The notes below the pieces were generated by a model, which searched no databases, was not told where the DNA came from, and was given only the letters and a program-made list of their open reading frames with translations. 64,000 nt of DNA from Hyphochytrium catenoides (taxonomy: Eukaryota; Protista; Hyphochytriomycota). The stretch covers positions 1-64,000 of the forward strand of contig FLMG01000893.1 of NCBI GenBank assembly GCA_900088475.1, given 5' to 3'. Both the position numbers and the translations under genes were made by a program. Below, one piece after another: positions 48,712-62,028 of the stretch (the stretch's first letter is position 1; the number at the start of each line of letters is the position of its first letter).

Positions 48712-51150
48712 TCATTCTTCTCCTGTCTCCCAGTTGTGGTAGACATGCGATACATCGTCACTGTCCTCTAGCGCCTGTAAGGCAATGGGCGTAAGTGCTT
48801 TCGTGCCACCAAAAGGGATAGGGTAGGCAACTAAGCCGCACGTAATCTTACTTCAGTGAGGCGCTCTAACTTTTCAGCAACATCGCCCGCAACATTGATA
48901 GCTTCCTATGGGGGAGATATAGCGCACTTTTAGGATGAGATGTAGAGCTGCTGGATTAAAACAGCCAAATGCAAGATGTTGAGCCCCAAATCACAAGTGA
49001 ATAACTGGTGGTCCATCACCTACAGGTTACTGGACAGAGAGGTAGCTATAGATAGTCGTCAAACCTAGACCAGGCAGGGGCAAGCTACCGCCAACACAGC
49101 TTAATAAAAAGAGGAAACCACAGTCGGGTAAATCTTAGCGTAAGAAAGAAGCCCTGTCAAGCCCTGAAAGCTGCTAGCGCTTCGGGGTCGGGGTTTACCT
49201 TCGGCTGATAAAGTAACTGGAAAGTGGATGGAGGAAAGTTTGCGGCGGTCAGGTTGTCTCTAACTGCTGCGAGTTCTGCTGGATCACATACGACATAGGC
49301 CCGTCCCTCCTTCACTTCTGCATCCTCAGCCCCTGCGTCAATCTGAATAGTAGAGAGACAGGTAAATTAAAAGCTGTATTTCAGAGCTTTTGTATAGGCA
49401 GGGCAGCAATATGCACAGTTTGGAAAGATCGTAATAGCAGAGCGCCAACATACTGCACTATGCCAGAGTCTCTTCCTGAGCTTACTTACCACTGCGTCTA
49501 GAACTGCGTCCTCGTCAGCGTCCTCAGGAAAGGGAACCTGTTGAACGCGGTACATAATCTCCATCAGCACTCTGAGAGTCTTCGAGCTCAGAAAATAAAA
49601 AACAGTCCGGTAGCATGGGATTTTGCAGTGGTCCTCTTCAGCTCATGCCATAGCCATAATGCTTCCGGTTCTTCGGATCTTACCTCTAAATAGCCCTTCT
49701 TGTCAAACGCCCACATAACCGACCCGCTCGTTCCTAGCACGCCTCCATTGTCTGCAAATATTTTACGCAGCACCGGAGCTGTCCTTTTTCTATTGTCTGT
49801 CAGGGCCTCTACCTGCATAAAGAGCAAATTAATGAGAAGGCGCTTCTACATACGACTAAGGCACCAACTGGTAAATGACTTAAGCTGAGCCAGGCCCCAT
49901 CCCCTTTTCAAGTCGTGAAGACGGAAGATGGAAGTGGCTAACCATAGGAGGAGCGTAGGGAGTCTTATGACGATCGATGGGCCTGATTAAGATAGAAGGG
50001 AAGGTAAAGTCCTAGGTCTACTTCACAGTTGGTTGGAAGTGAATAAGAAGAAAAAGAACAAAGAAGAGATCAGCACATATGGTAGGAGCTTACGATGAAG
50101 GATGCGGCGTGTGCAGTGCCCTCATAAACAACCGTCTCCATAATTACTCCTGATTGAGATATCAGGAAAATAGGTTAGCGGTGGGTGCTGTACCAAAAGG
50201 TCTTTGGCATTTCCCATTTGACAGTCTAAAGTCGTCCTCCCTCGCCAGTAAAGAGTGAGTGCTCACGGGGTATGCGGCCTGTTAGCTTCCAGCTGTTAGC
50301 TGGAGGTGGTACAACAAGTCTTACCTTCCTTGCCTTCAACTCCTCTCTTAAGAGCCTGCTCTATTAAATCTTTCGGTGCATTCACTGCTCGGGCTCGTTG
50401 CAGTACCGAAGAGAGCCTCTTTCCGGGAGGAAGAGGAAGGAAGAGAGGTGGGACCCAGGTAGAGCCAGGTTTGGAGATAGATACGAATAGAAGAGGCCAG
50501 CAGAGGGAAAGACATGAGGTTACTAGCTGCAGCGTATACTGGACATAGTGCCATCATCTCCTCACCAAGTTGGTCGTGTCTCCCTTGCAGGCTGGGCAAA
50601 ATGCAAAACGTCAGCATCAATCGCTTCATGTACTTCATGGGAAGGGAACTAGATCACTCATGTGAACTGAGTGTCAAGGCAACAGCGAATGATCGGGTGA
50701 AGCTTTAAAGGGACAGGATCAATGGCAGCCGCAGACAAGACAAGGTAGTGACTATTAAGGAACCCTGCCGAGAGGTAACAAGAGAGCCTTCATTCTTACC
50801 TCTAGCGGCAGCCTCGATCTGCTTCCCTAACTTGCTAAAGAGTTGTCTCTTCCTCTAGTGTTATAAACCAGCAACGCAAGCAGACGTAGGGTACTTTAGC
50901 ACCGATAGTTCAGAGATAGCAAAAATGTTGGCAGACAGAAGAACTGCTGCCACTACCAAAATAGATCTCACAAAGTGCAGCCGAGACTTATGATTTGAGA
51001 AGAGGCGAGCGCATCTTGCTCTAAAAATAAAAAAAGAAAGGGCTCTACCTACATCTGCTGATGCTGCCTTCCGCCCTGCAACCTTCATTAGCCGGCCCAT
51101 GGCCCGTGTCTGCGTCCAGTGAAGTGGTGGAGCTATATGGTTTGTAGAGC
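48712..51150 (-). CDS. TACO1: YebC/PmpR/TACO1 family translation regulator, likely mitochondrial (5' exon uncertain)
   Basis: [78 protein letters not shown]; QTRAMG presequence-like boundary. Confidence 0.9.
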
Positions 51151-52155
51151 CTAGAGCACACAGGGGATATCAGAACGTTTAGCATGGCCCAAGCACGGAC
51201 AACAAAGGAGCCAGGGAATAGCAGTCTCTACAATGGTACAGGTGGCCAGAAAAGACTAATGGAGGCTTAATGTTGCTGCGTTGTTCCTTAACTAATCAAG
51301 GTTGATAGAGGAGAGACAGTACTGTAGGAGACACCGTTAGGCAAAGAGCAAGGCTGAACTTGGTGACGGGTATGGTGAGGGTCAAAGAGATCGTTCAAGC
51401 AAAAGCCTACCCTTCTCTGGCATTCTCTCTCTGATCGCCCCGAGTCCCAGTAGAGCCGGAGCGCATCTTGAGAGGGATGCAAATAAAAGAGATAGTTGCC
51501 TGTTACCAAGACTAGTTGCCACTAAGCAGGCCATGATTCGTGCCTTCCTCGAATCTTCGTTCCTCCAATTGACCTTCTACACTTTGAGCTGCGGTCCAGG
51601 ATAGCCCATTAAAGGCCGCAGCTATGTGCACACCTTCAGGCCTCCAAATCAATGAGGCAAAAGTAAGTCTCCTACAGGCACCAACTGAAGCTGCCCTATC
51701 GGTAGAAAATCAGGTCCTCAGTGAGTTAATGATGCAGCCGCAGCAGCAGCAGCTGAAAGCTGGTGGGATCGATTGCTGATGATGTCAAGATGCTGATGAT
51801 GAGAGACATGAGTCACCAGACCTCCCCTCGGCCTCGATGCCGCCAAAGGACAAACTTGCAGTTGCGCCAGAACCACATCATCTGCTGGGGGATCAGAACC
51901 GTCTTGAAGATCCTCATCATCTACACTGCTCGTGGGCTGGTCTCAATCCCAGTTATTACCAGGAGCCCGTTCCGCTCCGCCTTCCATACCCCTACTGGTG
52001 GCCATCAGCTTCATCACGTTGGAGACATAGACGAACGAGACGGCTTGGAAGTCAAAGTACCGATGAGGAAGTTAACGAGAGCTTGTCTTCCTTGTGTTCC
52101 TTGGCGGAAAGCCTGGCGCCAGACTTACACTTTCAAGGCCAGGGATTTTTCATCA

Positions 52156-54410
52156 ATGGTCGGTGAAGCTGAGGCCCCTATCCCATCTAAAGACCATTGG
52201 GATAACTTTTCGGGAACGTATGAGAAGGAGCTTGCTGCCTCGGCCGCGCAGGTCTTTGATGCTCTGCTCCATGCGGTTGGCCCCCGACCAGCCCAGGTAC
52301 TGTTTGCAGCTGAGGCCCTCTAGTCTATTTCGTTCTCTAGCTCGCCAATTTGGCCTTCAACTGTTGATTATGTCCAATCTATGGCTCTTCCTTTCTGTCC
52401 TCTCCACTTCCTTCTCCAATATGACTTACTGCCTAATCGCATTGGCCTCACACCTCCATCACATAGTCCATCCTGGAGGTCGGTTGTGGTCCAGGTCCGT
52501 AGCAGTCCGGTCCGTCTATCGTCTCTTCGCGTCTTTGCACTATTCTCTCTGCGGCTTCGCCATGGGCGATTCAGTTTTTTTAGTATCTCGCTATTTCTAA
52601 CAACTACGTTTGATCGCTATGATGCTAGGGTCGCACTTCAGAGTCCTAGAAGCGACATTGGGTCCTAGGACAAGGTCAGAACCACTATTCTACCCTCCAG
52701 TTTGTCACCCTTCTCAACCAAGGCCTATCTTGTTCCTTTCATTACCCTGTGATCTCCAACTCTCTGTGGGCTGCAGGTTTGTTGCGACAGACTTCTCTTC
52801 TGAGATGGTGAGGAGAGCTGAAGCCGAAGCGCGCAGCAGAACACGCTTTATGCGTAAGGCTGAAGACGAATTATCTGGCACTTCTCCGCAAAGTAAGGAT
52901 GCTACAAACAGACAGAAATGTCCACAAACATCCTTTATCTCTTTACCTGATTCCAGTTCTAACTTGATATCCGTGTTACTGGGTTCGCGAGCAATTGACT
53001 CTCTTCTTCGTCTTTACTCAGCGTCAAACTCCTTCTGCCCTTTTCATTTTGCAAAGAATGCGTTGAAGAAATCTCCGTAAGGGTGGCCGACGCTCAAAAC
53101 CTTCCCTTTGAGAGCTCTTCCTTTGACAGGTACATTCACTGTCATTGTCATCGTCTTCTCTTTTAGATATGGTTAGTCGTGTAGCCAGAGGATGCAGTCA
53201 CAACTTTGCTTCTCCTCTTTCCTTTTTTTGTTCCGATCGTCTATGTACTCACCGCCCAAAATGCAGTTTGATATCAAATCTCTGTTTCAACTTCTTACCT
53301 CAGCCTCAGGAGGCGATAGCTGAGGCCTTCAGAGTTCTCAAACCTGGAGGTGTTATGGTGAGACGAGAGAAACCGTGGTGTTCGGGCAGGTCATAGACGC
53401 TCAGCAGGGAAATGACATTAGAAGGGATCTTGGGGCAGGGATGGGGGCTGGAGACTGGGAGCTAAGCGTGCAATGTGCTCTGTAAAGTACGGCGAGAACA
53501 GACTAATGACGCTCAGACAGATAGAGAAAGTTGAAGGCGACTTACTCTGTCTCCCATAGGCGATCTCGATATGGGGATCTCCTGCTAGAAGCCCATTCTT
53601 TTCTCTCTCCTTCAAAGTACGTCTCTAGCGGGGAGCTTGTAAGAATGGCTATCTGAGCTCAACCTCCTCAACTGTGATTGTAATGCGGCTGCGTTATCCG
53701 TCCATCTTAACCCCGCATCGTCCTTTACTTGTCTTTAGTATTTTTCTCCCAAAAGTCCATGGCGGCGTCCACTGATCTGCAACTATATTATGGCTTCGTT
53801 GGTCTTTGACAGCCTCTGCATCCGCTGGTCAGTGGCGCTTTGCACTAACTTTAGCAACTATCTTATCCGTCTCGTGTCTGGCAGGCGACAGAAAAGTTAG
53901 GCCTCCCTCCTCTAAGACATCGGGTGGCTGGTCCTTCTCCTTTTGCTCTGGGCTCTAGTCCCGAAGAGCTTATTGACTCCTTGAAGCGGCATGGGTTCCA
54001 GCCAGTAGTCCACTGGAACTTCTCCATGGTCCTACCCATATTGGTAGGAAGTTGGCAGGACTCGGTTAATGCTTCTCTCATTCTTAGATGTTTCGTCTTC
54101 CAAGTACTTGAGGCCTTCTTGCCGCTTGTGATTACTATGCCAGAAGGCCTAATCCATTGAGTCCCTCGCATTCACCTTTCTTGTTCTTGCATGTCTTCCC
54201 TACCTCACCGCTATGCGACAGGAAGGAGAAGACTATGCTCAGCGCAGACTGAGGGTGCTTCAGGCTACGGATAGGGAGTATATATCGTCGCTTTCCTCCT
54301 CTTCTCTTTCTTTGTTCATAAGAGAGCTGGCCGCTAGTGCCAGGTCACTCCTCGATTCCGGTAGACCCATAGGTATAGACGCCCTCTGCCTCATGGCCCG
54401 TAAACCGTAG
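52156..54410 (+). CDS. Class I SAM-dependent methyltransferase (UbiE/Methyltransf_11-like), many exons
   Basis: ILEVGCGPG, ATDFSSEMV, VADAQNLPFESSSFD, EAFRVLKPGG, ISIWGSP. Confidence 0.88.
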
Positions 54411-54715
54411 TTGCTGTAACTAATCACCGTTGACCGACACGATTGCCATGTGTCTGCCCTGCCGCTGTGTCCTTCCCTAAGACTTCCAGACTCTTTAGAA
54501 AAGCGATGGGGTAAAAGCTGTTGCAGATTATAGTCTATGTGTTACGCATCCTTCAATCTGTTAAGGCATGTTACCTTATAAAAGCAATAAGCATAAATAG
54601 GTCTACCACTCTTCTAAGCTCTATACGTGGGAGAAGTCAAAATAGCACCAACCTCGAGCTGGAGCTTGGTCACAGGCGTTACCAGGTGCTGGCAAAGGAT
54701 ATGCTCAATGCATCT

Positions 54716-55457
54716 CTAGAAATCGCTATTTTCAAAGAAATGAACTGAAAGAGCGTCGAATCCCACAAAAATCTCGCCCTGCCCGGAGACCCAAGTTTTG
54801 TACACTGCAGACTGTGCTTCTGGATGCATTGTACAAGAGCCATCCAGAAGGCTGAAGCGCCACCGATGCCAGGGACAAACAACTATGGGATCGCCGTTTT
54901 TGCCTAAATCCTCGATGTCACCAAGGTACAGCGGACCACCTAGTGAGGTAGAGTCAACGAGGATGGCGCGACTTAGTCACGAAAGTACAGAGAATGCAGA
55001 TCACCGCAAGACTAGCAAGCGCTAAGATTTCGGTAGGAGGATTGGGGTTGCCCAGGCTATGTGTGAGATGAGGGCAAGTAAGATGTCAGGTAGATGCAAG
55101 CTGGGGTGGCAGTACCTTGATGAGGGCAAGAAGCCTGGATGGCATAGACCTCTCCAGAATGTAGGTGGAGGGCGAGTTCAACGCCATTGACAGTCACCTT
55201 GAGCCCTGCGAGCGCTAGTGAGTGAACGATCTTGTTGACAAGGTAAATAGAGGTGCGTCCAACAATAACTGTTGATGGCCCAAAGTAGTTGCGGACTTAA
55301 CAAGTGATATTTGGATCGCGATGACTCTTGACCGTATCTGTCGCCTCACCAGCTTGCTTTGACTTTCTTTTCCTGCTCCCTTTCTCCGTTGCGCATAACC
55401 CAACAGGTCTGACGGTCCCTTCCTCAGGTTCGGCTGATTGGACTGATAGGTCAAAAT
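54716..55457 (-). CDS. Rieske [2Fe-2S] ferredoxin-like protein (5' end lost near the N gap 55560-55640)
   Basis: Splicing intron 54940-55115 gives VYAIQASCPHQG|GPLYLGDIED...VVCPWHRWRFSLLDG with both Rieske ligand boxes; stop TAG 54716-54718. Confidence 0.88.
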
Positions 55458-57705
55458 CTAGGACAACAAAGAATTAGAACACGTAACGGCATAGTAGGCT
55501 CTTTCAGCCAAGGCAACATCTGCTACTTTTAGGGTGCTTTAGTACCTTTGATATTAGCANNNNNNNNNNNNNNNNNNNNNNNNNNNNNNNNNNNNNNNNN
55601 NNNNNNNNNNNNNNNNNNNNNNNNNNNNNNNNNNNNNNNNAGCTCAAGACCCTGGCCCCAGAGAGCTCACAACCATATGCCTTGTCCATACTAATAGCAG
55701 GTGGAGCAGTCAATGAGGACTGAAGAAGATGCCTCCGCTTTGTTGGAGTGTTGCGAGAGCGGTCGATTAGGGTTGTGGGAAGGGTGGAGGTTCGACGTAG
55801 CTGTGCAGCTCCTCGAGCGAAGGGCAATCGTGGCCCTGCTCCTTGCTTATGGAACTGACCATGTATGCAGGCTTGACGTCTAAGGAGGGGCGTACGACCC
55901 TGGTCCTCTGATGGGGTGAGAGAGGTTGAGGAAGTGGGAGTCATTTTCCAAAATAGATTTGTTGCCTAAGACAACAAGGCCAGGTTCCCAGTCGGTCGGT
56001 TTGGGTTGGGTACAGTTGGCAATAAAGAAAGAAGACAGCCAAGTGGCGAGAGTAGATGATCTTGAAAAATTGGTGTCACTTTAACAGCACTTTCTTGATG
56101 GGAAGACTGATAATGGGTGCGGTGGCTACGATGGGGTTCATAACAATAACCCAGTTTACTTGGTGCTTTGTGGAGAGCGAACGGTTGAAAGGCGATGGTC
56201 AAACTCCTAGGTTGCGTTGTGGAGAGAAAAGCAATGAGTGCACTTACTACTTCGTCAGAGAGGGCAAGGTGGAAGGTCCCTCACTGTCTCACATTTCCGC
56301 GTAATAAGTCTGTTAACGTCAGGGTCATGGATCATCCCCGATCAGGGGCCCCGTTCCTTGGACACAAAGAACAAGAGAAGAGAAGGAAAGGCGCCGTAGC
56401 TGCTTTTGCATCACATTTCCGCTGACCTGGGTAGAACGTAGAACTATCCAGTCTAACTACGGCCAGGCTGTAGTTCTCACTTCTTCTGTGATCCTACGTA
56501 CGAATGAATGTCCCTGAACTCTGGCTGAAACAATCAGAAGGAACCTGGCCTTTACACCTTGTAAGCCTTATCTTCCATCAGAACCATCAGCGACCTGCTG
56601 TCCGTCACCTTCCCTTCAACTTGCAATTTCATACTTTTGAACTCTAACGGCTATCTAACGGTTAGATGACTGCCAGTGATGAGTCAGTGAAGTTGAGAGT
56701 TCTGTGTCTTTTGATGATGTTCACGATCGACGTTGAGATGATGGCCCTGTGCTGCTGCTGCTTCCTGGCTACGACTGTACAGTCACCAAGTGAGTCTCAT
56801 AGCGCTGTTAGAGGAGAAACCCTTCGTCACCACCACTGAATGGTGGCACTTGATGACGCTGCCAAAGAAAGGATAAGGTAGAAGAAAAGAAAGGCGAAAT
56901 AAGCCCTCAAATACTACGTTGAAGACAGCGGTGCTTGTTCCGACTTCCCCTCATTAGAAGATAATGTGACTCTTGTTCCGACTCCCCCTCACTATTCGCA
57001 ACAATCACAAAGCAGCAACAGGAGTGTTGTCAGCGGTGCAGATACGTCTTATGCTTTGCTACTGAGATTTTGAGGCATGGAGGCTGAGATCCGGGAACTA
57101 ATGCGAAATGAAAATGAACACCTCAACAATACCTGGGCTCTCAAACGGCATCAACGACATTCTGCTTAGCCATATGCTATGTATGTACGAAAGATAGACT
57201 GGGAGAATTGGCCCCGAATGGGACGATGGCCCAGGGAGGAAGAGCGTCAGTTTGTTTATTATTAGATAATAGGGGCATCCAAGAGCTTAGGACAGAAACG
57301 GCCGCCTGCACCGAAGGCCGTGAGGAAACTACTTCGTCCAGAACAAAGAGCGTCGCCTACCTAGTCCCCCTGTACGAGTAAAGTGAGGCTTTGGCTAATA
57401 CAGCGCTTAGAACGAGGGCTCGGCTTCTATGATATGAACAGAAAGCATCAAGGAAAGGGTCAGAGAAGCCTATTTAAGAAGAAGGTGCCCAAAATCGCAT
57501 GTGGAGACACTACTTCTGGTGAACAAAGCTTCGCGTTGAGGGAGACGGTAGAGGAAGCTTCATTCGACAACGGCATTGAGGAAAGAGACTCAAAGGTGAA
57601 GGGTGAAGCCTCCTTTATCCACTACTAGTGTATTGGAACTATCTCTCTTTCACTACTAGCTGGGGTACGACCATGTAGTTGCCATTATGTTAGCGTTATC
57701 AGCTA

Positions 57706-59924
57706 TTACTTGATTTGAGGCATCGCCGCAAGGTCACGCGTCATATTCTTATGATGAGATTCAAGGGTTCCGCCGCCGATCTCAAGAAGCTTGGAATCTC
57801 TCCAGAGCCTCTCGACCTGATATTCTCCTACGTACCCGTAACCGCCCATCACTTGGATTGCCCTGTCAGCGACATTTTTGCCCATAGTCGTCGCCACCAG
57901 TTTGACACCGTCAGTGTCTAACCGATTTCCAGCCGTGTCTAACTTCATTCTGTTCGCTGTGTTATAGGTATAGCACCGAGCAGCTAGATAGTCCGCGTAT
58001 GACTCAGCAATATGACGCTGGATTTGTCCGAACCTGGGACCGATCGCAAAGAAGGTAAGAAGCAGAACACATCTCACTATTAAAGCAACGTGGGGAAAGA
58101 CAAAAGCGGAAAGGGGAAGGAGCGCCGGGGATGATTTGCGCTATAAGGTGAGGAAACATTAATGGGTTACCTGTTCAAAGGCTCTCCGAATGCCACCCTG
58201 TCCTGGGCATATTTATTCATCCGCTCCACGCAGCGTCTGGCAAGACCCAGACTCATAGCCGCCAGGGCTACGCGTTCGATCTCGAGGTTCCTCATCATGC
58301 AGATAGTTGCACCTCCTTCCTGTCCTATCAAATTCTCTTTTGGGATCTCGCAGTCTTCGAAGACCAGCTCAGCCGTCATTGAAGCGCGCATGCCACACTT
58401 ATCCTAGAGTGCATAGGTGAAAGTTAGTAGCCGAGTTGACGTACAACCCTTGAAAAAGGGTGAGATCGGTTGCGAAGGAATGACGAAAATAGGAGCTTTC
58501 AGTATGCCCCACCATAACTGTCGAAGGTAGACATCACGAGCAGAATACCTTGATTCTTTGTCCCAAATTGAAGCCCTTGGTTCCCTTCTCTACGAGAAAC
58601 ATAGAGATATCTTTTGAGTTCTTTCCACTGTTGCCGGTTCTTGCGTAGACAAGGAAGACGTCGCCTAGTTCCGTATCGGAGATCGCCCCGTTCGTAATCC
58701 ACATTTTGGAGCCGTTTAGAATATATGAAGATCCAGAGGAAGAGAGCTTGGCTGACGTCTGCAGAAACTCGCGTTAGTACAAACCCCGTGAAGCCTTAGC
58801 GGCACAGATGGGTCAATCGGCAGGGCCCACAAACAGCAAGGAGCTGGGGTGCGGCAGTACACCGAACGAACAAAATTTCAGATAATCAAGACACAATATA
58901 AAGGAGCCTTGGAGCAGCAAGTATACCTTCATTCCGAGCACATCCGTGCCAGCCCCAGGCTCGCTCATGCACATGCCACCAATGGCAGCTCCCGAGCAGA
59001 CATCTGGAAGGTACTTCTGCTTCTGCGCCTCACTGCCGTTACTGCAAAGGGAAACATGTCAGTTCAAGACTAATTCCGGCATTTCCACCATAGATGCAGG
59101 AGTATGAATAAGCAAAACGAGCTCGCTAGGCAAGCAGTAGCCTTACTTTAACAGCAGCAAGGCCGGAGATGAAGCAGTATAACTAACACCTACCGGGCGA
59201 GGTTGTTAACAAATAGCATGGAGTGTGCCAGGTAAGAAAGACAAAAGGCTGGATCAGCAGCGGACAACTCCTCGTGAACCATGCAAGCAGCGGTGGCGTC
59301 CATGCCTGAACCGCCATACCTGTGCACACATAAAAGGGAGACAACCATGGAGGGTTAGAAGAGGAACGTCTCTGGGCGAGAACATGTTCATTCTCAAGAT
59401 CGGTCTTACTCTGGATCGACTGTGATACCCAGAAGGCCTAGATCGCCTAGCTTTCTGAAGAGATCAATGTTGAACTTCTCCTCCTTGTTATACTCTAGAG
59501 CCTATGTGGGCCAAGAAGGAGCGAGTCAGCATACGAAGATGAGAAAAGGGCTACCTTGACGTTGGTTATAGCCAGGCTTGCAGAAGAACGACAAAATTGG
59601 GGAACATGCTTTACTATACTGGCAGCTAAGCGCAGGGTTGGTAACCCCAGCGAATATCAGGAGAACGAGCTAAATGCCACGAACCTGGGGGTCAACTTCC
59701 TTCTCCGAGAAGGAGCGCACCATCTCGCGGAGAGCTTCATGCTCGCTTGTGGGATTGAAGATATCAAAAGACCGATACTCCGCATCGTCGCCGGTCGAAG
59801 ATGATGAGAGAGGACTTGAAGAAGAGAAGGAGCGAATGAGCCTTCCTCTGTGCGAAACAGTAGGGCATCGTGGGCTGCGTGCCAGCGCTGGCTGCACCAG
59901 CCTGATGGCTCTCCGCGAGATCAT
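57706..59924 (-). CDS. IVD: Isovaleryl-CoA dehydrogenase, mitochondrial (7 exons)
   Basis: Arg/Ser-rich presequence; [63 protein letters not shown]. Confidence 0.93.
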
Positions 59925-60713
59925 TGATACGGAATGTTGAACTGACGAGCTGGTCAGCTTCCTAGGCTTCTCCTGGGTTGGTAAATGTGAAGTGAGATGC
60001 TGACGTCCTTACGTGCTCAACACTCTTCGTCTCTCGCTGGATGACCTTCTTGGAGGCTTCCTCCTCTCTCTTCTAATTGCTCTGTCCCTACACTCTACCA
60101 GCTCAGCCCTAGCACTAGCAAGCAAGCAAGCAGCAGCAGCAGCGGGATGGGGTTGGTACAGCGCCTGGATGAGCGGGTTGTCAAATCTTCAACACGCACA
60201 TTGACCCTCCCAATCCTATTCCCCTAAGAACCCCGTCAAAGCAATAAACTAACAAGCAATGCCTCCATCCTAAGCCGCCCCTGACATTGTGTACGATGTC
60301 CGCTGTAATGACGCTGTTTCAAATAACTCAGGGATCGTACGCTGTTCATTGAGCCGGTAACGAGCGGAATAGTGTTTGTAGTCAGCGTTACTGCAGTTGC
60401 TAGAGATCAATATAGAACTAAATGTTCCAGTTTATATAGACAGCTTTTGTTAGCCAAACGCAGACAGCCAGAAGCCGCAGCTCTGGAAGATGGTAATTGC
60501 GCCTTTGAAGATCCTTGGCATCGAACTGTCCTTGGCCTTGCCAGAGAAGAAGAGCTTCCAGATAGGACAAGCCATTGACCTGAAGAATAGGATAAGCTAT
60601 TGGAGTACATACTCTGAGAGTGAGGAACAGAGGCTGAGCAAAGTTAGAGCGATAGGAAGTAGTCAAGAGAGGGTTGAGACAGATAGGAAGTGCTGACATT
60701 GTAGGGATAAATA

Positions 60714-61409
60714 ATGCCTCCAAGAGCGCGGAAGAAGAAGGACCACGCGGGCGAGAGGAAGGAGAATGATCCCAAAAAGCAGACCGATGTGTCAGAGGGC
60801 CCTGAGGAAGAAACAGACAAAGAGCTGGAGGAAGAGATCAGGAGGATGGATCAGGAGGTTGCAAGAAGGGCCAAGGCGAGGGAACAGCAAGCAGCGTTGG
60901 CCAGGGGCGAAAAAGTAAGTGAACAAAACTCATCCACTTCGAGGCCTGTAGTGGTTGACCTAACCCCCAATTGGCGGTCCTATGAGCATTTTCTGGCTTT
61001 CCAATGCCATCGGACTAGTCTTCAAATGAGCCCTAACTGCTTCAGAAGCACGGTTGCCCTAACGTCATATTGATCCGCTCAAAGAGCCGCCTTACCGTTC
61101 CTCGTAGGTTTCAAGCCGTGGAGTTGGTCCCGACGGCAAACCCTTGCCCTTCACGCAGCTTGAGCGCTTGAAGACCGCTGTGGTTATTGGTGGAGTTTTC
61201 TCCCTGTTGTACCAATATACTGACTGGTTTGATCAGGTAACATATGATGGGAATAAGCTCTTCTTCTGGCTGCGATGCGTGTGGTTTACCTAGGTAGTCC
61301 CTTTCCTCAACAAGCATCGGCACTTTTCAAGAAGATAGTTCTCTCGTTCACTGAATTATCCTCCTTCCTATTCTCTGCGCAGAGCAATGCCAGTCGTCTA
61401 CTCTGCTAG
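60714..61409 (+). CDS. Small charged protein with a C-terminal hydrophobic segment (last exon uncertain)
   Basis: Exon 1 is Lys/Glu-rich and ends at GTAAGT; in-frame exon 2 VSSRGVGPDGKPLPFTQLERLKTAVVIGGVFSLLYQYTDWFDQ. Confidence 0.55.
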
Positions 61410-62028
61410 TCCTTTTGACCTTCACTGCATGTGCCGCCCGATTCATCGCTGCTAGTATTCTTTGCACCAGCTGAGCTTTCAACACGCACGATCACTCTCA
61501 ACCTTTGGGGATAATCAATGTTGCTCTCACAGATATCTTGGCCCTTGGCGTACATCGCAATTTGGACCCCGTTACTTCTGCTAGTAATGAAGAACATGAA
61601 TCCGGATGACATGATCAAGGACCTTAAGGGTCCCCTCGGGTAAGCGGAGTTGGTTTACCAAAAGGAGATGTCTAGACACAGACACAAAAGGAGAAATGGC
61701 TGGACAGTAGTTTCGGAGGTCAATGGAGAGTCAGACACGAGAGTGGGTTGGTGATGGCTGACTTAGGCGCTAGACAGAGTCTGGACAAATTCTGACCCAC
61801 TGCGCACATTGCTAACTCTTTTAGACGACCGGATGGTGCGAATGGAGGCGATCTGGGTCCAGAAATCGTTGATAAAAAGAAACAATAATCCATTTATACG
61901 AGCGCGGCAATGACGATCTATGAGCGGAAGCTAGGACTCGGAAGATTCGAGGACAAACTGGATCTACCTCTGGAAAAGGAGGAGTGAGAATAGAGGATAA
62001 CAACGAGTTTGCAGCGGAGAAGCAGAAA

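Noticed and set aside
55961-55975. RFX X-box-like GTTGCCTAAGACAAC
   Set aside because: Single degenerate match; gene start is uncertain and there is no evidence of RFX in this organism.
56880-57628. Coding-like stretch with a 23-bp imperfect repeat
   Set aside because: Stops in all frames upstream of a short 81-aa ORF, and no recognisable homology.
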